Of a DNA stretch of 64,000 nt, positions 22,240-32,754 are shown one piece after another; the stretch's first letter is position 1; each line of letters starts with the position of its first letter. The stretch comes from Phaeosaccion multiseriatum (taxonomy: Eukaryota > Protista > Ochrophyta, other classes): contig OZ218963.1 in the NCBI GenBank assembly GCA_965112735.1, positions 2,852,001-2,916,000 of the forward strand, written 5' to 3'. Made by a program: the position numbers and the translations under genes. A model generated the notes under the pieces. That model did not search any database. It was not told the DNA's origin and saw nothing but the letters and a program-made list of their open reading frames with translations.

Positions 22240-23292
22240 TCAGGTAGCAGGTAGCGCGTCAGGGTGGACTGTACACCCCACTTGCTGATACACATAGTCC
22301 CACCCGTGGAGGGATGCTAGGAGGCCGACTTTCGGGTCAGGCGCGTGCCACAGGTGAAGGCGGGCAGCCAGACCCTCCACCCTGAAGAAGAGGTCGGGGT
22401 CCTTTTCCTTCGTTTCGTCGATGTACTTGGGGAGGATGAATTTCCACCAACCTCCCGCGGGATGCATCACATGGCTCTGTAGCTGAGTCCCTTGTGCCAG
22501 GAAATTGAGCTTCATGTGCTCCCACACCTCCTTCCCCATCATCTCAATTAACCCCATCATATCCAGCATCCAAGCCATGGTCTGGCACGGTGCTTCGATG
22601 AGAGCGTGATACGATAGCTGTGCGATATTTCGACACTCGTCGGCAGCCTCGTACGCATCGATCGATCTCTCGACATCAGGGAAGTTCCAAACATAGTATT
22701 ATCCGGCGCTCAGGGCTTGTATCTCTCGTCGTTGCCTTTCAATAGCCTCGTACCAAGGGTCGTCCTTGGGCCGCGCCCCATGCGTAAAGCCATAGGAAAA
22801 ATATCTCGAGACGATAACGTCTCGCGGGTCCCTGGCAAAGATAACGAACAGAGACTTGTCCAAGCTGTTCTGGCAGATCGAGGTGACGTCTTCTGCGGTG
22901 AAGGTTCGGAACGGTCCAATGAGACCCGGAGTACGCACCAATTGCGAAAACCTCCTTCGTCGTGTTACATCTGACAGCGTTGGCTTGAGATGAGCCGGCA
23001 GTCCACCCTCGCGGGCTCCTCCGAAAGTGCCCACTGCTCGAAGAAGCTCCTCAATCAAAACTGATGCGGTCTTGTGAGGCACAAGGAAGAGGACATTCTG
23101 CAGCTCCCCGCGTTGCTGCTCTTGTATTTGCCTACACAAAACAGGCAAGACGCACGATAGAAGCGCAACGAGGAGGACGAAGAAAGGCGTGGTCATAGCT
23201 ATGCAAGGCGCATGAAGCTTCTGTGCTTGCTCCAAAGGAACAGCGTCTGAAGACTCAGGAGGGGTCGGTGAGGGTGGGGCCTCTGGTGCCAT
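22240..23292 (-). pseudogene. Sulfotransferase-family gene with in-frame TAA (probable pseudogene)
   Basis: PAPS-binding motifs VPHKTAS and RDPRDVIVSRYFS. TAA at 22699-22701, after which the same frame continues (QLSYHALIEAPCQTMAWMLDMMGL). MITE remnant at the 3' end. Confidence 0.7.
22243..22268. mobile_element. Solo end of TCG-family MITE (subfamily C)
   Basis: ggtagcaggtagcgcgtcagggtgga vs ggtagcaggtagcacgtcaagggtcga at 8731-8757. Confidence 0.55.
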
Positions 23293-23580
23293 TTGTGCTG
23301 CCTAATAGTAACAAAAACTTCTCTTCTCTATTTAGGGGTCGTGGGGTCCATTATTGTTCTGACGACTTGATAACGCCTAGGAGCTTCTCCTGCTACCGCC
23401 GGCCCCAGACTCCCCTTCCCCTCTTACGCAGTTAGTTGAGTAGTTCAAAGGCAAGTAGGTCCGGATCAATGTCATACGACCTCCTTCGCCCTTCCCTCGC
23501 GACGCGACGCTGGGCCTCCCTGCCCCCCCCCGTCTGATGCCTTTCTACTGCCGGCTTCAACCATCGTCAGCTGGTCCCAA

Positions 23581-23674
23581 TCAGGCCCGTCAGCCATCTG
23601 CTACCACCGGGGCCTAGGAGCAGGACCCGGCGGCATGCTACCCAAGAAGAGGTTGGCAGTACGGCAGGGGTCGA
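23581..23674. mobile_element. Degenerate TCG-family MITE (subfamily C-like, opposite orientation to 8670)
   Basis: The right end reads tcgacccctgccgtactgccaacctcttct on the minus strand (cf. tccacccctgacgtgctaccgacgcattct). The left end is decayed and there is no TSD. Confidence 0.5.
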
Positions 23675-23735
23675 CAAGGAGCCACCAGTGTGCCGCTTGA
23701 ATTCAACAACGCTTCGGCTAGTGCTGATCGCCTTG

Positions 23736-25502
23736 TCATCGCTTTCCTGGGATCCACTCCGCGTTTGGCGGATTATTGTAGTAGTTGAGACCTTGCTTAA
23801 AGGCGTACTCGCTCTGCAATGCCTCCTTCTCTGCGCGTACCCATGCAGTGCTAAACGCTCTGGTCTCCGCTGGAAGGGGCTTGCCCTCAAGCACAGCCTT
23901 TTGTCCGAGAAATACAAGGAGGAATGGCAATTAGCGGCAAGCTACGTGGGAGAGAAGAGCCAAGGTAGGGGGCACACATGAATACAGAACCAAATTCCCA
24001 CAACGCCCAATGCACATCAGATTCCAGACACGTCAACACGCCCCACAAAACAGCACCTTGATGTCATCTTCAAACTCGCTGGTGGCAAACTTCCGAGGGT
24101 ACCTCCGAACGGGGATGCCTTCCGCGTCCAGCAGAAACTTCTCAAAGTTCAGAGTGACTCTGAGGGGGGGAAGGGGACGACATAAAATATGAGCAGGCAG
24201 GGGAGGAGTCAGACATGAAGGGAGTGCCAAGACTTGGGATAGCACCACCACATAATCAGAGGGCGCAAAAGAGATGAGAAAAGTTTGCGTGCTTTCCCCT
24301 TCCCTCCTCGTTCTCCATCGTTGTCTCTCCCTCTCGTGGGGCGTAGAGTAGCTCCTCAATGACGGTGCCACTACTGCTACTCACCTTCCCACGCCGTAGG
24401 GGTTCTTGAGTGTCCTGCACATGTATTTGTAGAGCGGCACACCTGAGCTGCCTACAATGTCCATCTTGTCGGCCACAAAGGAGCGAGGGTATTGGCCGAA
24501 ACCGTAGAACTGCTCCGGCAGAGAGCATCCGCGAGCGCAGCACCAGCGAATGCAAACACAGAAGACACAGGAGGGGGAACAGATACGGTGAGATCATCGA
24601 GCCTGTCGCATCAGAAGCGGCCCACACCCCAGGCAACTCCCACCCAAGCGTGCAAGCGAGCACACAGGTATGCCAATCAATAGGTGTACCTGGTAGTACT
24701 TTATCTTAATGACGCGGTCCTCGTCTGGCTCGAAAGTGCCCTGGTCTGTGGGTACAATGATGACTCGCAGGCCCTGGCTAGCGAACTTGTTGGCCGTCGC
24801 GACAATCGGCGACATCTGTGGGCGGGAGGACAAGACATCCCTTTGATTTGAGGTGTGTGCGACAGGAAGACTGGGGCTTGTCTTAGTAGCTCCACTCACC
24901 TGCGACAATGTGATTGGGTCGTCGAGTTTCCCATTGATAATCAGCGTCGCCTTTCCTAAAAACTGTCGAGCAATTAAAAGGGATGGGCAGCTTAGAAGAG
25001 CAGAGAAAAGGGACATTTGGCAGTATTGACTCACCTTGGACACCGGGAAGTCTTTGCCTCCGTACGGCAAGGTGTAGTCTAAAGCCGATCCCTTTGATGG
25101 TTCAGCGACCGCTGCCCCCTCTTCCTCTCCCGTTTTCGCCGCCCCTGCCTCCACCTCATCCGCGCTGCCCGCCTCGCTCCAGAGCAGCGCAGCTGCTGCG
25201 CCCATCGACCCCAAAGCTCCTCTGGCAAACTCTCTCCTGTCCCGGGGTGCTCCTGCAGAGAAAACTTTCTCCCGTACATCGTCGCCCACAGCTGCTGCGA
25301 ATCTCCCCCTCCTATTGCCACTGTAGCTGCTGCTTGGGCGCACAGAGGTGTGTGGTCGACCACGCCGATGCTGCTGCCGCTCCTGCTGCTGCCGCTGAAC
25401 CCTATTGCCTACTATTGTCGGTGAAGAGAAGGCTTCCCCTCCCTGCTGCAGAAGGCAGCAGCAGCAGCTTAGGGCACCAAAAACCTTGGTGAAGGTCTGC
25501 AT
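23736..25502 (-). CDS. Glutathione peroxidase-fold protein lacking catalytic residues, plastid (probably lumen) targeted
   Basis: 6 exons: MQTFTK...GGEAFSS presequence, DRREFARGALG, FLGKATLIINGKLDDP, VIIVPTDQGTFEP, KMDIVG..GVPLYKYM, VTLNFEKFLLDAEGIPVRRY, EFEDDIK. Confidence 0.8.
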
Positions 25503-25611
25503 TTTTTTTATATATTTGCCGCCCGCCTTTGCATGTGTTTGTTCCCGGAGAGGAATGCCCCCCGGGGTCTCGGTGTGCCAACTTTGTATAAACAACAGAG
25601 CCCAAATTCCT

Positions 25612-27072
25612 ATGTTCGTGGGCAGCAGCACCAGCAGCTTGCTCCTCGTGGCTCCATTGCTTGTGGGCCATGCAGCACCAGTAGCTGCGTCTGCTTCTTC
25701 GGCCGCTGCTGGGGGAGGCAGAGGGGCGTCATGGTTCAACCTTCGAGGACCCTCAAGCAAGGGATCGCTCCAGGCCATGATCAGCCCCGGAGGGGTCAAC
25801 ACAGGGCGGAAGGACTTTAGGAAGCTCGCAAAGTGCGTGCTGCGCTGGGACTGGAAGATGCATCTCGCTCTCTCTCTCGCTCGCGCTCTCTTCTAAAATG
25901 TTTTGTTTGCTCTCGCATTTCCCTTTCCTTCCTCCTCTTTTCCTCAGCCAAACTCCGGAGGAGAAGGCCGCCGATATGAGGGCCAAAGCAGCGGAGGAGA
26001 AAGAGAGGAAAAGGTCTCGGAAGAAGGCGTATCAAGACAAGCTGGCCGCGAGAAAGGAGAAGAGGGGAGGGGGCGGGGGGGGTGGGGCCAAGCGGAGCCA
26101 GCAGGCCGAAGACGACGCAAAAATGAAGGAGGAGTACGACAGATACCTTATCGCTAAGAAACAGCTCGATAAAGCCATCGCGGACGCAAAGGAGGCGGAC
26201 ACCAAGGGTATCCATGGTCTCAAGGGTGGAAAACCAAAGGAGCTCTTCCTCAGACTCGGTGCGTACCTCGCACATGTGCTTGCTCATTCTCGTGCTTCGG
26301 CTGTCCACTTTGCCTCAGTCCCCCTTTTCTTGGCTCTCATCCTCTTCAGGCAAGTACGGTGTTGTCGTTGGTTTGGGGTACTACGTCGTGAAGCGAATCG
26401 CAGAGGTGATTGGCAGCAGGACAACAGAGGGTATGGATACCACAGAGGTGATAGACAACGCGAGCGAAGCTCTGACAGGAGCAGCGAAGGGCGTACTCTC
26501 CGCGGCTTCGAATGCCGCGGACAGCCTCAAAGGAGAAGCAGAAGCAGGAGAAGAGGCATTGAAGATGGCGATGGATGAGGGGGATGAGGATAGAGCACAA
26601 GCAGTCGCCGAGGACGAGCAGGCGGAGGACGAGGAGGACGAGGAGGACGAGGAGCAACAGGTTAGTTGGCCGGGCTTTCGTCGCATTGGCATTGCCCCCC
26701 CCCCCCCACCCCATTCATCGGCTTTGCCCAACACCTGAGGTTCCCTCTCTGCTCTCTGTCGTGACCAATTTCCCGTCAAGTATCGTAGCAGAGAATCCCC
26801 TCGACCCTTGGAGGGGGCCGTTTCCTCCTCCACAATCTCTTTCCTCTCTTCCCGTTAGTACCCCTCTCATGTGAGTCTCTTCCCTCGCTTTGCTCTCCGC
26901 CTTTCTCTCTTTGCAATGGTGTTTGGGGGGCGGACTTACTGACTGACTGATTGTCCAGGAGGAGGCATTTGGGGACGACGAGGAGGATGACTTTCAGGAT
27001 GCACTGGGGGAAGAAGAGGACGAAGACGACTTTGATGAAGATGAGGACGATGACGACCTCTCCATGATATAA
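25612..27072 (+). CDS. Hypothetical protein: signal peptide, basic coiled region, one TM, highly acidic C-terminus
   Basis: 4 exons joined in frame by GT-AG introns; KYGVVVGLGYYVVKRIA hydrophobic segment; ends EDDFDEDEDDDDLSMI*. Confidence 0.7.
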
Positions 27073-27253
27073 ATCACTTTCGCTTTGCTGGGGGGTGTCG
27101 CGAGGCTCCAGGGAGGGAGCAAGTGATACGAGCGCGAGCCGGGCAGGGAAAGAGAACCCCTCTCCTTCCTACGTATTGACAGATAAGGTACAAATAGAAA
27201 AAAAAATTTAAGAATCGCCCGATTTCCCCCCAATAATTTTTTTGCACGTACTT

Positions 27254-27710
27254 CGGAAAATGACGCTGGGAGAAGCGCTATAGCTCTTCGTGTAGCTCTT
27301 TGAGATCCCCACCGATCCACGGTCTTTCGGCTTTCATCGCCTCTTCCCTTCCGTAGTTGTCAGCATTTCCGCACCAGCACCCCCTTCGCGGGGGGGGGGA
27401 GACGGGGGATGTGCACGCAACGGAAATCGCACCAGGCTTGCCAAGGGTCCTGCTGCTGCTCCACTGTGGCTAGCCGCCGTAGCGCTGCGCCTGTTCTCTT
27501 GCAGAAGGGCGGGCAAGCTGCCCATGAGCGATTTCCGTGGCGTGCACATCCCCCGTCTCCGTCTCCCCCCCCCCGGGAAGGGGGTGCTGGTGCAGAAATG
27601 CTGACAACTACGGAAGGGAAGAGGCGATGAAAGCCGAAAGACCGTGGATCGGTGGGGATCTCAAAGAGCTACACGAAGAGCTATAGCGCTTCTCCCAGCG
27701 TCATTTTCCG
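27254..27710. mobile_element. Foldback element with about 177-bp near-perfect inverted arms
   Basis: 27254-27430 is the reverse complement of 27528-27710 with few mismatches; 97-bp spacer; extra outer match aagaatcgccc (27210) / gggcgattctt (27723). Confidence 0.85.
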
Positions 27711-27769
27711 GGATTCCGATTTGGGCGATTCTTTTTTTTAAAAGCAAATCCAGTTTTTTTTTTCGCGGT

Positions 27770-27900
27770 TGATTTTCTCTATTGACGCCAAATGACAATT
27801 GCTTTGAACCCCCTTTTTTACCCCCTTTAAAGCCCTGTTTGTGGGTCAAACAAGGGTTGAAAGGGGGGGGGGGCAAAAAGGGGTTCAAATCGTCAAAATA
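27770..27900. mobile_element. Degenerate relative of the adjacent CTGTG MITEs
   Basis: Contains tttcgcggttga, ttgacgccaaatgac and an internal hairpin ttgaacccc...ggggttcaa. Confidence 0.55.
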
Positions 27901-27906
27901 AGAATA

Positions 27907-28282
27907 CTGTGATTTCGCGGTTGAGTGGCACTTTTGACGCCCCGTTACCCCGTGATTTTTTTTTGACGCCAAATGACGATTACTTTGACGACGTTTGGCG
28001 ACTTTTGAACCCCTTTTTTACCCACTTTAAAGCCCTATTTGACGCACTTTGACGCCCTTTGACGCCCTTTTCCGTGATTTTTTTTTGCGTCATTTTTTTT
28101 AAGACGAAATCAAGGCGAATTAAGATAAAAGGGCGTCAAAGGGCGTCAAAGAGCGTCAAACAGGGGGCTCAAGCGCCGTCAAACGTCGTCAAACGTCGTC
28201 AAACGTCGTCAAAGTAATCGTCTTTTGGCGTCAAAAAAAATTCACGGGGCGTCAAAAGTGCCAATCAACCGCGAAATCACAG
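27907..28282. mobile_element. Tc1/mariner-type MITE copy 1
   Basis: TIR ctgtgatttcgcggttgagtggcacttttgacgccc / gggcgtcaaaagtgccaatcaaccgcgaaatcacag; TA on the left, AA on the right. Confidence 0.85.
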
Positions 28283-28303
28283 AAAGAGAAAAGAAATAAG
28301 GTA

Positions 28304-28702
28304 CTGTGATTTCGCGGTTGAGTGGCACTTTTTACGCCCAATTACGCCCCATTAATTTTTTTTTACGCCAAATGACGACTTTTTTGACGACGTTTGACGA
28401 CGTTTGACGACGCTTTAGCCCCCTATTTGACGCCCTTTGACGCCTTTTGACGCTCTTTGACGCCCTTTGACGCCCTTTTCCGTGATTTTTTTTTACGTGA
28501 TTTTTTTTAGACGAAATTAAGGCGAATTAAGATAAAAGGGCGTCAAAGTGCGTCAAAGGGCGTCAAAGGGCGTCAAATAGGGGGCTAAAGCGTCGCCAAA
28601 CGTCGTCAAACGTCGTCAAAAAAATCGTCATTTGGCGTAAAAAAAAATAAATGGGGCGTAATTAGCGGGCGTAAAAAGTGCCACTCAACCGCGAAATCAC
28701 AG
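28304..28702. mobile_element. Tc1/mariner-type MITE copy 2 with TA TSD
   Basis: TA-ctgtgatttcgcggttgagtggcac...gtgccactcaaccgcgaaatcacag-TA; arms of about 170 bp with 10-bp arrays tttgacgacg and tttgacgccc. Confidence 0.9.
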
Positions 28703-28833
28703 TACATTCGTTGACATATTTTTTGGCAACTCTGCCCTTCTGTCTTTCAACTCTTGCATCTCCATACAGCCTGTTCTTCTCTCTCCTTTTCTTTCTACCC
28801 TGCGTGATCCCACTCCATGAAACCTCTGTAGTC

Positions 28834-29866
28834 ATGGTGAAAGTCGAGTCCATACCAGGAGGTGTGGAGCCGCTGTCGATACACGTAGGATCGGACGCAG
28901 ACCTGACGTCTCTGAGGGGTGTGTTGACCACTCATCGGGGGTCTTTGCAAGTCGTGTGGGAGTCGTCCGTCGTGGTCTCGGAGCAGATTGTTATTCAGGA
29001 AGGGCTTGAGCTACGGGTCACAGGCCTTGGACATGAAACATCAGTGATTGACGGAGGCGGCCTCTCAAGGGCTTTCTTGGTCAGCACTGGCGCGGCCTTG
29101 GTGCTCGAAGACGTCAGGCTCACCCATGGCTTTGCGGAGGACACGGCTGCCGCTCTTGGCCAAGGAGGCGCGGTGTATGCGGCAGCGATGAGTTCGATAC
29201 ATCTAGCGCGGTGCCGGGTGGACGGGAACGAAGCCACAGATGCTGGAGGAGCTCTTTATCTGGCGCACCGGAGCTCGGCCTATGCAGAGGACACAGACTT
29301 TGAGGGCAACACAAGTGGGACCGGGGGGGGGGCGATTGGAGGGGTCTCCTCTGCGGCCTTGGTCCTGGACAGCGTTAGTAGTAACGTTACCTTCCGTGCT
29401 AACGAAGCTGGATGCTGCTTCGCTGGAGTCCAGTCATACGCCTTCGAGTGCGACGGTGCTCAGTGCGCGTGTCAAGACGTAAGCCTCAGCAACGTGGATG
29501 CAGATGCGACTGCCTGCTGCGCGGTTGGCGAGTACTTTAGTAGCGAGAGCAGCGAATGCCAGGGCTGCGATGAAGCGAGCATGGAATGCGGCTCGTTTTT
29601 CATGGGAATCACTGCTGCCCAATTACCCATACGGGAGGGCTACTGGCGAGCGTCGCCAAGCTCGTCGGAGATACATGGCTGCCACATTGATGGCGCCTGC
29701 CGGGGAGGTGTGGTACAGGCAGCGGACGACTTCTGCGATCCAGCATACCGTGGCCCACGTAAGTCGAGTACTCGTAGTGTGCTGTGTGTTTGCGGGCTTG
29801 TTTGGATGAGAAGGAAAGTAACACACACTCACACACACACACACAAACGCACACGCCCACGCACAC

Positions 29867-29912
<46 letters not shown>

Positions 29913-31572
29913 CCCCTCCCCCTTCTCAGTTTGTGCCGTTTGCCGGCCGGGGTACTATAGAGTACTCGGGAGCCGCTGCCACACATGCACCACCGGCACA
30001 AAGGCAGCCGGCGCGGCGTTGCTTCTCGTGGCACTGATCGGCGGTCTCTACATTCTGTACTCCATTTTGTCAAACATTTACTCCTTGGCGTGGGGATACA
30101 CACGGCCTCAGCGTAAGCGCAGCGGACTCGGTCGGCTTGTTGGTGCTCTTCACAACATGCCTTGGGGGAAGCTGAGGACACCACTCGTAGTCTTTCAAAT
30201 CATCACACAATTCGCGGCGATTAACGGCATCAGGCTGCCGTCGATATACGCAGCCTTTCTGAATTGGGCCTCTGTGGTGAACTTGGACGTTGGCTGGTTT
30301 CTCTCGGCGGCCTGTGTAGATGTCACCTCCTTCGACTTTTACGACCGGCTCTTGGCCACAACGCTCTTGCCGCTTGTCTTTGCAGCGGTGGTGGTGGGGC
30401 TGACAGCACTACTCCGCCGCCGCTTAATCGCTTCGGGGCACTCCTTTGGCGGCAACGAAAGCTCTCTGTCCTCGGGCGCCGAGAGTCGGGCCCAAAGTGC
30501 TGCTGCTGCTGCACGAGCGCAGAGAGGCGACGAAATGGACTGGACGAGGGAAATGGTGTACCAGCCGAGGCAGCAAGAGCAGCCTGGCGACTCGGAAGCC
30601 GATGCGCATTCGATTGGAGCACTTTTGTCCAACTCAAGCCAATTCCCCATTCCACTGCATGGCACCGCGGAGGAAAGAGATAAGATATTTGCAAGGGCAG
30701 CGGCGGGAGCGGCAACAGAGGCAGGACCCCCAGGCTCGCCTTTCGGCCGAGTTACTGCCGCAACGGCGGAGCTTGTAGACATCAGCAGCAGCGGCAGCAG
30801 CAGTGGCAGCAGCAGCGGCAGCAGCAGTGGCAGCAGCAGCGCAGCCGGCAAGGGGCCTGGGCAGTCGATTGCGACATCCGTGTTCAGCACCGCCCAACAA
30901 CACTGGTCCCAGGGAAGCGGGTCAACCCTGTCGGACCTGCTGGATAATGCGCACATGCCCATTCCGATGACTCAGGCTGTGAGGGGAGTGGCCAAGAATG
31001 GGAGCGGCGTTTTCTCAAGCGGGAGGAGTAGAAAAAGTCGTTCTAATGCAGCAACCGCAGCCGCAGGAGGGGGGAAAGGAGCACATGAGACGCGAGGCGG
31101 GGGTGGATCGGCTGCATTGGAAGAAGTCTTGGCCGGGCGTGACTTGCAGAGGGAGCTTCAAAGCAGCAGAGATGGCGGTCAACAGGTTCGACCGCCAGCT
31201 GGGGCTGGGACTGGGATTGAGCCACTCGACGAGGAGGAGCGAGAGTGGGACATGTTCAGCAGAGGGCCGAAGGAAGCAGCGGTCTCTGCTGACCAGGGGC
31301 ACTTGGAAGGAGGAGGGTGGGCTCAGGGAGGTCGGACGGGGGGGCTTGGCGTCGACAAGTCGAAGGTGGCGACCACTGGCCTGGGTTGGATTGGCTCAAG
31401 ATGGGCGCTCTTGACTGGCAGAAGGGAGGCGAGCAGTCGCGCGAGCTTGAGCAGTCAGGCTCAGGTTGCGGCGGCACCCTTCCACTCTGCGGATGTCCCG
31501 CCTTCGCACAACGGCAACGGCAACGGCAACGACAACGACAACGACGGCAGCACCGGGGCAAGGAATGCCAGA

Positions 31573-31607
<35 letters not shown>

Positions 31608-32550
31608 GGGGGGGGCTGTGCCCAACACTCGGCACCTGAAACTGCAGCAACGACTGCACGAATGGGACGCCAGGGTGCGAGACGTGCTGTGGGCGGGACT
31701 CTTTGCCCTCGCCTTCCTCATGTACACAACTGCGAGCGTTGCCATTCTGCAAACGTTTGAGTGCGACGGAAGACTCAACAGAGACACCTTCCCGAGCTAC
31801 CTCCGCGCCGACTACAGCATTGAGTGCCACACCACCAAACACGACCTCTACCGTGCCTACGCGGGGCTGATGATTCTCGTTTACCCCATCGGCGTTCCGC
31901 TTCTATTTGCTTGGCATCTCTGGCGAGGGAACAAGTCAATCCGCCACCCGGTGTTGCGCCAGACGGACCTTTCTATCCGACACTCGGTCTTTCTTTGGAG
32001 TCCGTACGCGCCTCGCTTCTTCACGTGGGAGTTGTTTGAGTGCTATCGGCGCATACAACTCACGGCCCTTCTCGTGTCGACCTTACCCGGCAACACTCAG
32101 CAAGTGGCCCTGGGCATGGTTCTGTCCATCGCCTGTTTCATTGCAGCGTTTTGGCGACCTTTCCGGCGGTGTATGGACTCTGTCGTCTATCTGTGTGGAG
32201 CAGCGGCGGTGTTTCTTGCCTTCCTTGCGGCCTATGTCATGCGAATTGGTACCTTGGACAAGGACGACAAGATACAGCAGCAGGTGGTGGGTGGTTTCCT
32301 GGTGTCCCTTAATCTTGCGCTCGTCATTGCGGCACTTCTGCAAATGAGAAAAGAGAGGAAAGAGCGAAGGGGCAGGGGGAGAGGAGGAAATGGGGGGGGG
32401 GGGCTCAGCAGCTATGTGGTGAGGATTGGGGGGGCGGAGACTCGAATGGGAGGAGCGGCGGAAGGTGGCAGGATGGGTGAGAAGACTGAAGGAGGGGGGG
32501 GGGCTGAAGAGCGCGAACAAGATTTCTTGTCCCACATGTTTGATGAGTAA
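28834..32550 (+). CDS. PMP-like beta-helix repeat + Cys-rich + multi-pass (7TM-like) membrane protein
   Basis: GGAVY/GGALY/GGAI and FxxN repeats; GYWR, CxxxxACxGG, YRGP/LCAVC; FQIITQF, FDFYDRLLATTLLP, YLRADYSIEC, YPIGVP, WELFECYRRI; intron 29759-29929. Confidence 0.85.
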
Positions 32551-32652
32551 TAAAGAGGAGGTTGTTCATTACGAGGAACCTCAGAGCTTCAAACAACACG
32601 TACGAGTAAGGAAGACAAAAGCAAAGTAGCTGTATTAAAGAAGAGGGTCACC

Positions 32653-32712
32653 ACATACACATACATACATACATACATACATACATGCATACATACATAC
32701 ATACATACATAT
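32653..32712. repeat. (CATA)n microsatellite
   Basis: Visible tandem repeat between convergent genes. Confidence 0.9.
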
Positions 32713-32754
32713 ACACATTCTAGGGCGTTTGCCTTCTCCCGATACCTCTCCTTT

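Noticed and set aside
22699-22701. TAA reassignment (alternative genetic code)
   Set aside because: TAA is the normal stop of ARL8, the PMP-like gene and the TilS fusion at expected positions.
23400-23411. cggccccagact resembling the subfamily B terminus (also tcgacccttgga at 26801)
   Set aside because: Matches are too short, with no partner TIR or TSD.
27907-28702. CRISPR-like or iteron-like repeat array
   Set aside because: The repeats are contiguous decamers without unique spacers and lie within TA-flanked TIR elements in a eukaryotic context.
28678-28833. N-terminal extension of the 1290-aa ORF
   Set aside because: It starts at a GTG inside the MITE TIR and reads through a pyrimidine tract.
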